A stretch of DNA of 64,000 bases from Candidatus Woesearchaeota archaeon. Its GTDB lineage: Archaea > Nanobdellota > Nanobdellia > Woesearchaeales > B29-G15. The notes under the pieces are model-generated. The model was not told where the DNA came from. It saw only the letters and a program-made list of their open reading frames with translations, and did no database searches. Made by a program: the position numbers and the translations under genes. Positions within the stretch are counted from its first letter, which is position 1, and each line of letters opens with the position of its first letter. Shown piece after piece: positions 38,436-48,026 of the stretch. Location: positions 144,371 through 208,370 of the forward strand of contig JAFCCU010000001.1 of assembly GCA_017610005.1 (NCBI GenBank), in the 5' to 3' direction.

Positions 38436-40847
38436 GTGAACAAAAAAGAGGATTTTATACTATGGTTTGATCAAATTAATTATGACGATGTTCCTTTTGT
38501 GGGAGGGAAAAATGCCTCTTTAGGTGAGATGTATACAAATTTAACTAAACTGGGTGTAAATGTCCCCAATGGGTTTGCTGTTACTGCAACTGCTTATAGA
38601 TACTTCTTAAATAAAGCAGGTATTAATGAAGATATTGCTGCAGAGCTTGCAAAATTAGATATTCATGATTTAACATCATTAGCTCAAGTTGGGCATGATA
38701 TTAGGGAGCATATTTTACGAGCAGAATTTCCAGATGACTTAAAAGAAAGTATTACCAAGGCTTATCATCACTTATCCATACAGTATGGCCATAAGACTGA
38801 TGTTGCAGTAAGATCAAGTGCCACGGCCGAAGATTTACCTGATGCATCTTTTGCTGGACAACAAGAGACTTTTTTAAATATCAAGGGAGATGTCGCCCTT
38901 TTAGAAGCCTGCAAAAAATGCTTGGCATCATTATTTACTGACCGTGCTATTTCTTATAGGGTAGATAAAGGGTTTTCTCATCTTGATGTGGCTTTAAGTA
39001 TTGGAATTCAAAAAATGGTAAGGTCAGATAAGGCATGTAGTGGTGTTATGTTCACAATTGACACCGAATCAGGGTTTAGAGAAGCTGTTTTTGTAACCTC
39101 TTCTTACGGTCTTGGAGAGAATATTGTTCAAGGAGCAGTTAACCCAGATGCATTTTACGTCTTTAAACCTACATTAAAGAAAGGGTTTAATTCATTAATT
39201 TCAAAAAAAATAGGGGAAAAAGCAATCAAAATGATCTATTCTCATGGTGGTTCAAAATCCATTAAAAATGTAAATGTTCCTCATGCTGAAAGAAATAAAT
39301 TTAGTATCAGTGATGAAGAGGTTTTAACTCTAGCTAAATGGGGAGTAATAATTGAAGACCATTACACTAAAAGAAAAGGAGATTTTACTCCAATGGACAT
39401 TGAATGGGCAAAAGATGGCGAAACAAATAAACTTTTCATTGTTCAAGCACGTCCAGAAACTGTCCAAAGTAATAAGAATGTAAATGTTATCGAAAGATAC
39501 AAATTAAAAGAAAAGGGAGATTTGCTTGTTGGAGGTGCTTCTGTTGGAGCAAAAATTGGCAATGGACAAGTAAATATCATTAAAGATGTTCATAATATAA
39601 ATGAATTTCAAAAAGGACAAATCCTTGTAACGGACATGACTGATCCTGATTGGGAACCTATTATGAAGATTGCTTCAGCAATTGTTACTAATCGGGGTGG
39701 GAGAACTTGTCACGCAGCAATTATTTCTAGAGAATTAGGAATTCCTTGTGTTGTTGGAACAATTAATGGAACAGAAAAAATTCCTAATGGAGAAGGTGCA
39801 ACTGTATCATGTGCAGAGGGAGAAGATGGATTTGTTTACAAAGGTATCTTAGGCTTTGAAATTGAAACTGTTAATCTTAAGGAATTACCAGTTACCAAAA
39901 CCAAAGTAATGATGAACCTTGGAAATCCTGAAGCAGCATTTACATTATCTTTTATGCCAAATCAAGGAGTAGGACTTGCCAGAGAAGAATTTATTATTAA
40001 TTCTCATATTCAAGTTCATCCTCTTGCTTTAATCAATTATGAAAATATTGAAGAAAAGGGAATTAGACATGCAATTGATGTTTCAACAATTGGTTATCCA
40101 GATAAAAAGCAATTTTTCATAGATAAATTAGCTGAAGGCGTCTCTATGATCGGAGCTGCATTTTATCCAAAAGATGTTATTGTTCGTTTAAGTGATTTTA
40201 AGAGCAATGAATATGCTAATTTGATTGGAGGAACATTGTACGAACCAACTGAAGATAATCCAATGATTGGTTGGAGGGGTGCAAGTAGATATTACTCAGA
40301 AAAATATGGGCCTGCTTTTGTATTAGAATGCAAAGCATTAAAAAAAGCAAGGAAAGAGTTTGGTTTGACCAATATCAAGATAATGATTCCATTTTGCAGA
40401 ACAATAGCTGAAGGCAAAAGTGTTTTAGCTATAATGGAAGAACATGGATTAAAAAGAGGAGAAGACGGACTTGAAGTTTATGTCATGTGTGAAATTCCAT
40501 CAAATGTAATATTAGGAGATGAATTTTGCAAGATTTTTGATGGATTTTCAATTGGAACTAATGACCTAACTCAGTTAACCTTGGGACTTGATCGCGACTC
40601 TGAACTTGTTGCAGAAATTTATGATGAGAGAAATGACGCTGTTAAAAAGCTTGTGTCTCAGATCATTAAAACTGCTAAGAAGAATAAAAGAAAAATTGGT
40701 ATCTGTGGTGACGCTCCATCAACTTTCCCAGAATTTACCGAATTTTTAGTGCAAAATGGGATTGATACAGTATCTGTTACACCCGATGCCTTATTAAAAA
40801 CATTAGTCACTGTTTCGGAGAAAGAAAAGCTTTTAAAGAAGCGTTAA
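38436..40847 (+). CDS. ppsA: Phosphoenolpyruvate synthase (pyruvate, water dikinase); GTG start
   Basis: PPDK_N domain, phospho-His domain with GGRTCHAAIISRELGIPCVVG, and a C-terminal PEP-utilising TIM domain; 803 aa. Confidence 0.9.
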   Translation: MNKKEDFILWFDQINYDDVPFVGGKNASLGEMYTNLTKLGVNVPNGFAVTATAYRYFLNKAGINEDIAAELAKLDIHDLTSLAQVGHDIREHILRAEFPDDLKESITKAYHHLSIQYGHKTDVAVRSSATAEDLPDASFAGQQETFLNIKGDVALLEACKKCLASLFTDRAISYRVDKGFSHLDVALSIGIQKMVRSDKACSGVMFTIDTESGFREAVFVTSSYGLGENIVQGAVNPDAFYVFKPTLKKGFNSLISKKIGEKAIKMIYSHGGSKSIKNVNVPHAERNKFSISDEEVLTLAKWGVIIEDHYTKRKGDFTPMDIEWAKDGETNKLFIVQARPETVQSNKNVNVIERYKLKEKGDLLVGGASVGAKIGNGQVNIIKDVHNINEFQKGQILVTDMTDPDWEPIMKIASAIVTNRGGRTCHAAIISRELGIPCVVGTINGTEKIPNGEGATVSCAEGEDGFVYKGILGFEIETVNLKELPVTKTKVMMNLGNPEAAFTLSFMPNQGVGLAREEFIINSHIQVHPLALINYENIEEKGIRHAIDVSTIGYPDKKQFFIDKLAEGVSMIGAAFYPKDVIVRLSDFKSNEYANLIGGTLYEPTEDNPMIGWRGASRYYSEKYGPAFVLECKALKKARKEFGLTNIKIMIPFCRTIAEGKSVLAIMEEHGLKRGEDGLEVYVMCEIPSNVILGDEFCKIFDGFSIGTNDLTQLTLGLDRDSELVAEIYDERNDAVKKLVSQIIKTAKKNKRKIGICGDAPSTFPEFTEFLVQNGIDTVSVTPDALLKTLVTVSEKEKLLKKR

Positions 40848-41008
40848 CCATTTTTTTTAAAATAGTGATATTTATGATTCAGTATAGCAAAAAAGGACTA
40901 CCAAAAAAAGTTGTAAATAATAGACAAAAGAATCCCATTTGGTTTTATTGTCTACTTTGTTTAATGGTAGCAGCTGTCGCAATTCAGTTATTTTAAAGAG
41001 GTGTTAAA

Positions 41009-41764
41009 ATGAGTGAACTCTTAAAAAAAGAACGCATAATAATTTTAGCCTATGATCAAGGGATGGAACATGGGCCTTCTGAATTTAATCTAAAAGATAT
41101 TGATCCTAATTTTATGATAAAAATTGCTGAAAACGGTAAAATTGATGGAATAGTTCTTGGGCATGGTATCGCTGAAAAATACCCCACAAAAGCTCCCTTA
41201 ATAGTTAAATTAAATGGAAAAACCAAACTAAAAAGAGGAGCACCCATGAGCCATCAGCTGTGTTCTGTTGATCGGGCTTTAAGACTTGGTGCAACTGCCT
41301 TAGGATTTACAATTTATCCTGGAAGCGAATACGAGGCTGTCCAGTTCCAACAGTTTTCAGCCATTGTAGAAAAAGCTCACAAATTAGATATCCCGGTTAT
41401 TGCTTGGGTTTATCCCAGAGGGCAAGACATTAATGAGCTTTCTACAGATACTATTGCATATGCAGCAAGAATTGCACTTGAGCTCGGAGCAGACTTTTGC
41501 AAAATAAAATATAATGGTGATCCTGAAGGCTTTGCTTGGGCTGTAAAATCAGCTGGTAAATGCAAAGTCTTAGTGGTAGGAGGCCCAAAAGACAGCGATG
41601 AATCTTTCTTAACGTATGTCAAGGAAGCAATAGACGCGGGCGCAACAGGGATTGCTGTTGGAAGAAATATAAGGCAACATGATAATCCAGCAGGAATGCT
41701 TGAAGCTTTAAAGGAGATTATCTATAATAATAACAGTGTTGAAGAAGCTTTAAAAAAGATATAA
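41009..41764 (+). CDS. fbaB: Class I fructose-bisphosphate aldolase (archaeal DhnA/FbaB type)
   Basis: ILAYDQGMEHGP N-terminus, Schiff-base Lys region (CKIKYNGDPEG); 251 aa. Confidence 0.8.
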   Translation: MSELLKKERIIILAYDQGMEHGPSEFNLKDIDPNFMIKIAENGKIDGIVLGHGIAEKYPTKAPLIVKLNGKTKLKRGAPMSHQLCSVDRALRLGATALGFTIYPGSEYEAVQFQQFSAIVEKAHKLDIPVIAWVYPRGQDINELSTDTIAYAARIALELGADFCKIKYNGDPEGFAWAVKSAGKCKVLVVGGPKDSDESFLTYVKEAIDAGATGIAVGRNIRQHDNPAGMLEALKEIIYNNNSVEEALKKI

Positions 41765-41856
41765 AAACGTTTTCTATTTTTTATATATTAAATATTGACA
41801 TTTTATAATTCTCATATAGCAAAACATTTTTATACAACTACATTATAAAATACACA

Positions 41857-42933
41857 ATGCAAAAAAAGAGGGTATTAGTAGGTATTCCTATTATTCTTGC
41901 TATTTTGATAATTTTTTTAATTATTTTGCACCCATTAAAAAATAATTATTTTTTAATATTGTCTGGTATAATTTTAGTTTTTCTCTTGGGTCTTTTGATT
42001 ATAATCATCTCTAATAATAAAAAAGTAGAAAAGATGCAAGGTGAACTCAATGAAATCCAGGTCATATCAGACCATCTTTATAATGCTCTAATTGGTATAA
42101 GAAATTCAATCATGATCATGTCTAACTCAAGCACAAAGATATCTGGGTTAGCCACAACAAATGAGCAATCTATTTCACAATCAAATGAAGTTATGAATAA
42201 TCTTACAAATTCAATCAAAGAAAATTTTGATGTTGTGGGTGAAACTGCAGACAAAGTAACAGCTGCAAGACAAGAAGCAGAAAAAGGCGAAGAAAATGCT
42301 GAAAATGCTAGAATTATGATTAATCAAATAAATACAGATGTAGATAATTCAAGAAGATTGGCTGAATCTTTGACTGAAAAAAGTAAAATAATCGAAGGTA
42401 TTGTTAATTTAATTACAGATGTTTCTGAGCAAACCAAATTATTAGCATTAAATGCTGCCATAGAAGCCTCTCGTGCAGGAGACGCAGGCAAGGGATTTGA
42501 AGTAGTTGCAGATGAGATTAGAAAACTTTCTGAAGAAACTGGGGTGTCTGTAAAGAAAATATCAAAATTATTAGATGAGGTTACAACAAGTACCAACGAT
42601 GTAGTATCTTCTATGGTAAAAACCAGTCATGAAGTCGGACTCGGAACAAATGTTATTAATGGAGCATTAGAATCACTAAAGAGGATTTCAAGATCCACCT
42701 CAGAAAGCACTAAATTTGTAGATGATGTTTATTCCATGTTTGAGCAACAAATTGCTGGAACTAAGACTGTTGAACATTCTTTAACGGAGATTCATAAGAT
42801 TTCAAAGGACAATCAATTTTCAATAGATGAAGTCTCCCAAGGATTAAATAAAATTTCAGATTTAATATTGCAACTTGAAGAAAATTCAAAAAAATTAGCA
42901 GATGTAGCAAGAGAATTAAATGAAAGACGGTAA
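41857..42933 (+). CDS. Methyl-accepting chemotaxis protein (two N-terminal TM helices plus an MCP signalling domain)
   Basis: Highly conserved LLALNAAIEASRAGDAGKGFEVVADEIRKLSEET. Confidence 0.8.
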   Translation: MQKKRVLVGIPIILAILIIFLIILHPLKNNYFLILSGIILVFLLGLLIIIISNNKKVEKMQGELNEIQVISDHLYNALIGIRNSIMIMSNSSTKISGLATTNEQSISQSNEVMNNLTNSIKENFDVVGETADKVTAARQEAEKGEENAENARIMINQINTDVDNSRRLAESLTEKSKIIEGIVNLITDVSEQTKLLALNAAIEASRAGDAGKGFEVVADEIRKLSEETGVSVKKISKLLDEVTTSTNDVVSSMVKTSHEVGLGTNVINGALESLKRISRSTSESTKFVDDVYSMFEQQIAGTKTVEHSLTEIHKISKDNQFSIDEVSQGLNKISDLILQLEENSKKLADVARELNERR

Positions 42934-43615
42934 TTACTTACTTTTTGATTCTATGGGATTTACTTTTGGAGTCAAAACCAGCTCAGTTAAAGCTGTATTA
43001 AATCCAACAAAATTAACTACTCTCCCTAATTCAAAAGATTTTGTTTTAGGTTTAATGAATTTACGAGGCGAAGCAGTTTTAATATATGACTTAGCTAGAA
43101 TGCTTAAGATTGGCTCTATAATTGATCTACAGTCAGCTAAAACAATTTTAATAGAAGGAGGGGAAGCAGGAGATTTTGCAATTGCTGTTGAAACTGTTAA
43201 AAAAGTCTTTAGTCCCCAGAAATTTAAAAAAGGAGTTTTACCCGCAGGTATTCTTTCTAGCAATCTCATTAAAGGAGTAATTGAAACAACAAAAGAATCA
43301 ATTGTCCTCCTTGATAATTTAGAGAAAGGTAAAGGATTAGAGAACCTCCACTCTCTTAATTTGTTTCATGTATTCCAACCATTTATTTTTTCAACAGGGC
43401 ACCAAGCAAGAAACTTAAGAGAATTTTTACATCAATTAGAAATTATTCCAAATGAAGATTTTGATTACCACTTTAATGAAAAGACAAACCATTTTTCTCC
43501 ATGGCTAAAAAATATATTAAATGAAGAAAAATTAGCTAATTCTATAAAAATTGCAACTGATAGGCAACAAATAATAATAAAGATACAAAGAAGATTATGC
43601 ACAAAAATGTGTTAA
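42920..43615 (+). CDS. cheW: CheW-like coupling protein with a C-terminal extension of about 90 aa
   Basis: LGLMNLRGEAVLIYDLARML CheW core. Translationally coupled to the MCP. Confidence 0.65.
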   Translation: MKDGNYLLFDSMGFTFGVKTSSVKAVLNPTKLTTLPNSKDFVLGLMNLRGEAVLIYDLARMLKIGSIIDLQSAKTILIEGGEAGDFAIAVETVKKVFSPQKFKKGVLPAGILSSNLIKGVIETTKESIVLLDNLEKGKGLENLHSLNLFHVFQPFIFSTGHQARNLREFLHQLEIIPNEDFDYHFNEKTNHFSPWLKNILNEEKLANSIKIATDRQQIIIKIQRRLCTKMC

Positions 43616-43643
43616 ACATGCATCCTAAAAATTTTATAAATTT

Positions 43644-44024
43644 TTATGAAACTAAAACAGCATTAACTGTGCCATCTTGTGCAGGTCTTGAAGTAACCTT
43701 TGCATTTCCTGATTTAGTTTTAATAATAGTGCCTTTTGTTATAATATCTCGTCTAACATAATTCCTGTTAGCAGTATTTTCTAGCACATCTTCAATTTCT
43801 AAAACAGTATATTTTTTTGTTTTTTGATCGAGGACATTTGCTTTTTTGGTTCTTAAAAGTCTATTTTTAATAAAAGCAGCTTTTCCTCTAATTTTGGTTA
43901 ATCTTCTTTCTCCAATCATAGTAAAAGTTGGATCTCGACCCATATCAGCAAGTTTTTTTTTCTTGTTCTGTAGGTATCTACCTCCAGTAGCTTTTCTTTT
44001 TGATCGTGTTTGAATAATAACCAT
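43644..44024 (-). CDS. rps8e: Ribosomal protein S8e
   Basis: QTRSKRKATGGRY N-terminus, 126 aa. Confidence 0.85.
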   Translation of the reverse strand: MVIIQTRSKRKATGGRYLQNKKKKLADMGRDPTFTMIGERRLTKIRGKAAFIKNRLLRTKKANVLDQKTKKYTVLEIEDVLENTANRNYVRRDIITKGTIIKTKSGNAKVTSRPAQDGTVNAVLVS

Positions 44025-44238
44025 TAAGTGAGCAAAATTTGGTTGTATTTAAAAGCTTTGTGATTGTTATCGAGATTTATCTATGGAAATATAAAGTAAA
44101 CTTAGCTTCTGTGGTTGGTTGCTTTTATCATTAAAAAACAATAATCATTTAAAAGTTTTTTTTAAAGCTTATTTTAAAATATATACTTTAAAGGTTAATT
44201 GTTTTTAAATACTATTTAATCAATTTATAATTTCTGGC

Positions 44239-44967
44239 ATGGAATCACATAAATCTAAAAGTTTTTCTGAAGGTGGATCATATATCTTACCGTTTATAGG
44301 TACTGAATCTACAGGCAAAACAATTTGTTTAAAAAATATTTTAACTTACTTAGAAACTTTAGGATACAGGGTTTTTTATCTTGATGAAGGGGCTAGAATT
44401 GCTGATATGCTAGGTAAAGCAATAAATATTGGCACTTCTATTGCAACACAGCAATGGATTCTTGATGACTTAGAATTACAGTTACAAGCTGCAATCCACA
44501 GAGGATATGATATAATCTTAACAGACAGAACTTTTTTAGACAATACATTTGGTTATTGGGCAAGAATAGCTGAATCTCAAAGCATGCCTAAAGACGAAAT
44601 TGAAGAACATTTACAAGTTTGGGGCATTGATAAGACATTAGAATATGCAGATGCCTTATTTTATTATCATTCGTTTCCAATAAACAGTCAGTTTATGACT
44701 AAATTAATTACCGATAACCAAAAAAGTCGAGATGCTGAATTTAGGAGGGATTGTGGGATTCGAATTGATAAAGGTGTTGTAAGGCTAGAACAAGAACATC
44801 CAGAAATCATTGTAGCGCACAATTACCCAACTTTCCAAAGTGAGATTAATTCTGTTGCAGAATGGCAAAGCCGTTTGAGAATGGCAATTCATTCTACTTA
44901 TGAGACCATTGATTCTGTTGTACTGTCGCAAATTGAATATAAACTTGAAGAAAGGCATAACAGCTAG
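44239..44967 (+). CDS. P-loop NTPase (AAA_28/NadR-kinase-like)
   Basis: Walker A motif FIGTESTGKT, 242 aa. Confidence 0.45.
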   Translation: MESHKSKSFSEGGSYILPFIGTESTGKTICLKNILTYLETLGYRVFYLDEGARIADMLGKAINIGTSIATQQWILDDLELQLQAAIHRGYDIILTDRTFLDNTFGYWARIAESQSMPKDEIEEHLQVWGIDKTLEYADALFYYHSFPINSQFMTKLITDNQKSRDAEFRRDCGIRIDKGVVRLEQEHPEIIVAHNYPTFQSEINSVAEWQSRLRMAIHSTYETIDSVVLSQIEYKLEERHNS

Positions 44968-44988
44968 GAAACCTTTAAAAAGGAGAAT

Positions 44989-45186
44989 TTGTTTTATAAG
45001 CAAATGCCAAGAAATTTATACAGATCATTAAAAAATCGTAGAATTGCAGGTGTTTGTGGCGGAATTGCCGAGTATCTAGGTATTGATCCTACTGTGGTTC
45101 GATTAATTTGGATTCTATCTTGCTTTTTAGGAGCAGCAGGGGTTTTAGCATATCTTATCGCTTGGGTAATTATCCCAGAACATTAA
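44989..45186 (+). CDS. PspC-domain membrane protein
   Basis: NRRIAGVCGGIAEYLGIDPTVVRLIWIL followed by a TM helix; 65 aa. Confidence 0.7.
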   Translation: MFYKQMPRNLYRSLKNRRIAGVCGGIAEYLGIDPTVVRLIWILSCFLGAAGVLAYLIAWVIIPEH

Positions 45187-45188
45187 CA

Positions 45189-45451
45189 GTCGGAAGTCTG
45201 AAGTCTGAAGTCTGAAGTCTGAAGTCTGAAGTCGGAAGTCGGAAGTCGGAAGTCGGAAGTCGGAAGTCTGAAGTCGGAAGTCGGAAGTCGGAAGTCGGAA
45301 GTCGGAAGTCGGAAGTCGGAAGTCGGAAGTCGGAAGTCGGAAGTCGGAAGTCGGAAGTCGGAAGTCTGAAGTCTGAAGTCTGAAGTCTGAAGTCTGAAGT
45401 CGGAAGTGAAAAACAATATTTACCATACCTTAAACATTAAACCCTAAACCC
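45189..45451 (-). repeat. Heptamer array module A. It has 31 tandem copies of GTCGGAA/GTCTGAA (45189-45405) plus the conserved about 45-bp flank (45406-45451, reverse complement of GGGTTTAGGGTTTAATGTTTAAGGTATGGTAAATATTGTTTTTCAC). It is inverted relative to modules B and C.
   Basis: 217 nt is exactly 31 x 7. The array starts 2 nt after the PspC stop. The flank is near-identical to the sequence at 56210 and 57436. Confidence 0.9.
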
Positions 45452-45545
45452 TATTTACCTAAATTATAAATTCTCTTTGTACTCCAGATTTAATTTTTCT
45501 CATAGAACATTTTAAATAGTACTTAAGATTTTTTATAGTCGAGAA

Positions 45546-48026
45546 ATGGGTATAAATAAAAAAGGTGTATTATTAGTTTTAATATTAGTTTTGCCTATCA
45601 TTATTATTGCTAGTTCTAAACAAGCTGTAACTCAAGACATATTTGCTGATTATAAAACAAATATTGACTTAAATACGGCCAGAAAATTTACAGTGGGAGA
45701 TTTTTCATTAGAATTAAAAAGTTTAGATAATTTTGTTAAATTAATTGGAGTTAATGAGGATAAAAGCAAATTTTTTTCTTATAGATTTGATTCTCCACCA
45801 AGTGAAACATTTGTAACTTTTGCAACAGATACAGGCGAAAAGAAAGAAGTTTTACTTTCTAATATTCCCGAAGCGAAAAATTCTGATCATTTAAAAAATG
45901 AAGCTGCAAATTCATATGTTGGAAAAATTCAAGGAGTTCTTCTCGAAGACACACGTGAAAAAGAAATTCCTGTAATAATAACCTTAGATATAGGTAAATA
46001 CATGGATTTACGACTAGAAAATTTAGAAAAGAACCAGCCATTAATGACAATTGAAGGAAGTGAAGAAGCGTTCCTTAAGTCCCGCGAAGAACTTCTTAAA
46101 GAGCTCCAAATGGATATTTTAAAAGATTCTTCTAACTTAAGATTAGTTAACGCTGTCGCAACAAAACTTACTCAATCTGAAATCAAGGAGTTAGAGGATT
46201 TAGATATTGTTACAAAAGTTAGTTTTGATAGTCCGGTACATATAGTATTGTATAATTCAACTGAAATAATAAATGCAACAAGTTTATGGCATGCAGGCAA
46301 TAACATAACTGGGAAAGGAATAACTATTGCTATTATTGACACAGGAGTAGATTATACTCATGTTGATTTAGGTGGTTGTCTTGGTGAAGATTGTAAAGTT
46401 TTAAGTGGATATGACTTTGTAAACCAAGATTCTGATCCGATAGATGACCATGGCCATGGAACTCATTGTGCTGGAACTGCTGCTGGAAATGGAACAATGT
46501 TAGGGGTTGCTCCTAATGCAAAAATTTATGCCTATAAAGTTTTAAGTGATACAGGATCTGGAAGCACATCTTGGGTGATTGGGGGAATTGAAAGAGCATT
46601 AGACCCAGATAATGATGGTGATTACTCAGATCATGCAGATGTAATCAGTTTGTCCCTGGGGGGTTCTGGAAATCCAGATGATGAATTATCTCAAGCAGTT
46701 AATGCAGCAACGGTAACTGGAGCAGTAATGGTTGTTGCTGCAGGAAACTCTGGACCTTATGCTGAAAGTATCGGAAGTCCAGGTGGTGCTGAAAAAGCAA
46801 TTACTGTGGGTGCAACTTGTAAGCCTTCCCAAATTGGGGACCATTATTATTGTGATGAAAAAATTGCAAGTTTTTCTTCACGTGGGCCAACATCTACAGG
46901 GAGCATAAAGCCAGATATTGTGGCTCCTGGTGTTTTAATTTGTGCTGCCCAATGGGGAGACGCATGGGCTAGCTCCCAATGTTTTGATAATGATCATACT
47001 GCAATATCTGGAACTTCAATGGCCACACCCCATGTCGCAGGTGCAGCAGCATTATTGCTTCAAAGTCATGTAAATTGGACACCTGAACAAGTTAAATCAG
47101 CTTTAATGACTACAAGCACTAATCTCGGTTATAACCCAAACTTTCAAGGGACTGGTGAAATAAATGTTTTATTGGCTGAAAATGCATCTTTTTCAACTCA
47201 ACCACAAAGTTTGGGATTTGGCTTTGTAAACAATAACGATTTTGCAACTGAGTTTAAAATTATTAACCTAAAAAATACCCCAGTAACTTTAACATTAAGT
47301 GTTGCAGATGTTATAGATGAAGAGTCAAATACATTTTCTTTTGCAAGCTTAAATACAACTTCGATAAATCTTCCAGGTGGAAATTCAACTAACATTACTC
47401 TTGAGATTAATATAACTGGCAATGCAGAAGGCAACTTTTTTGGTATGATTAATATAACCTATGATAATTATGTTGGAAGAATGCCATTTTCATTTGTCAA
47501 GCTTTCCCAATTAACCATTACTGTGAATGGATCTCAAGCAGTTTATCCTGATTTATTGATACATGATGAAAATTTAACAATTAGGCGTGGTGTTTTCCAA
47601 GGGATAGCGTTTGAAGGAGATACTTATACATTTCAAATACCTTCTGGGAATTATACTGTCTACGCAGTTGGTGATCAAGAAGACTTAAATTATGAATATT
47701 TGCTAATGGGGATTGTTGAAGTTCCAATAAATTCTCATATTAATAAGACATTAAATGTATCAAATGCAAGGGAGTTTACAGTTGGAGCTGAGTCTTTGAC
47801 AGGAGAACCGTTAAAATTGTATAAATGGGAAAAGGGATTTGTTTCATATTATTTAGGAGAAACATTAAGCTATTCTTTTGTAGATCCAGAATTTGGAAAT
47901 AGAACCATTAGAATTTCAAATAAACCAGATAATCAAGTAACTACAGACATCATAATCAATTACCATGGGGTACCTACAGATTCAGCTTACACCTCAGGAG
48001 GAAACAGTAGATCAATTGGAACATAA
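45546..48026 (+). CDS. Secreted subtilisin-like serine protease (S8 family) with a long C-terminal beta-rich region
   Basis: Signal peptide. Asp/His/Ser triad motifs AIIDTGVDYTHVDLGG, HGTHCAGTAAG and GTSMATPHVAG. 826 aa. Confidence 0.85.
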   Translation: MGINKKGVLLVLILVLPIIIIASSKQAVTQDIFADYKTNIDLNTARKFTVGDFSLELKSLDNFVKLIGVNEDKSKFFSYRFDSPPSETFVTFATDTGEKKEVLLSNIPEAKNSDHLKNEAANSYVGKIQGVLLEDTREKEIPVIITLDIGKYMDLRLENLEKNQPLMTIEGSEEAFLKSREELLKELQMDILKDSSNLRLVNAVATKLTQSEIKELEDLDIVTKVSFDSPVHIVLYNSTEIINATSLWHAGNNITGKGITIAIIDTGVDYTHVDLGGCLGEDCKVLSGYDFVNQDSDPIDDHGHGTHCAGTAAGNGTMLGVAPNAKIYAYKVLSDTGSGSTSWVIGGIERALDPDNDGDYSDHADVISLSLGGSGNPDDELSQAVNAATVTGAVMVVAAGNSGPYAESIGSPGGAEKAITVGATCKPSQIGDHYYCDEKIASFSSRGPTSTGSIKPDIVAPGVLICAAQWGDAWASSQCFDNDHTAISGTSMATPHVAGAAALLLQSHVNWTPEQVKSALMTTSTNLGYNPNFQGTGEINVLLAENASFSTQPQSLGFGFVNNNDFATEFKIINLKNTPVTLTLSVADVIDEESNTFSFASLNTTSINLPGGNSTNITLEINITGNAEGNFFGMINITYDNYVGRMPFSFVKLSQLTITVNGSQAVYPDLLIHDENLTIRRGVFQGIAFEGDTYTFQIPSGNYTVYAVGDQEDLNYEYLLMGIVEVPINSHINKTLNVSNAREFTVGAESLTGEPLKLYKWEKGFVSYYLGETLSYSFVDPEFGNRTIRISNKPDNQVTTDIIINYHGVPTDSAYTSGGNSRSIGT

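Noticed and set aside
45189-45405. Possible CRISPR array
   Set aside because: Period is 7 nt with no spacers; no cas genes nearby. It is a microsatellite-like tandem repeat.
45145-45426. ORFs translating the heptamer arrays into (RLQTSDF)n heptapeptide repeats; also 56229..56453 and 45183..45416
   Set aside because: They are artefacts of 7 nt x 3 periodicity. The module-C equivalent hits a stop after 10 codons, and the conserved ATG in the flank is probably coincidental.
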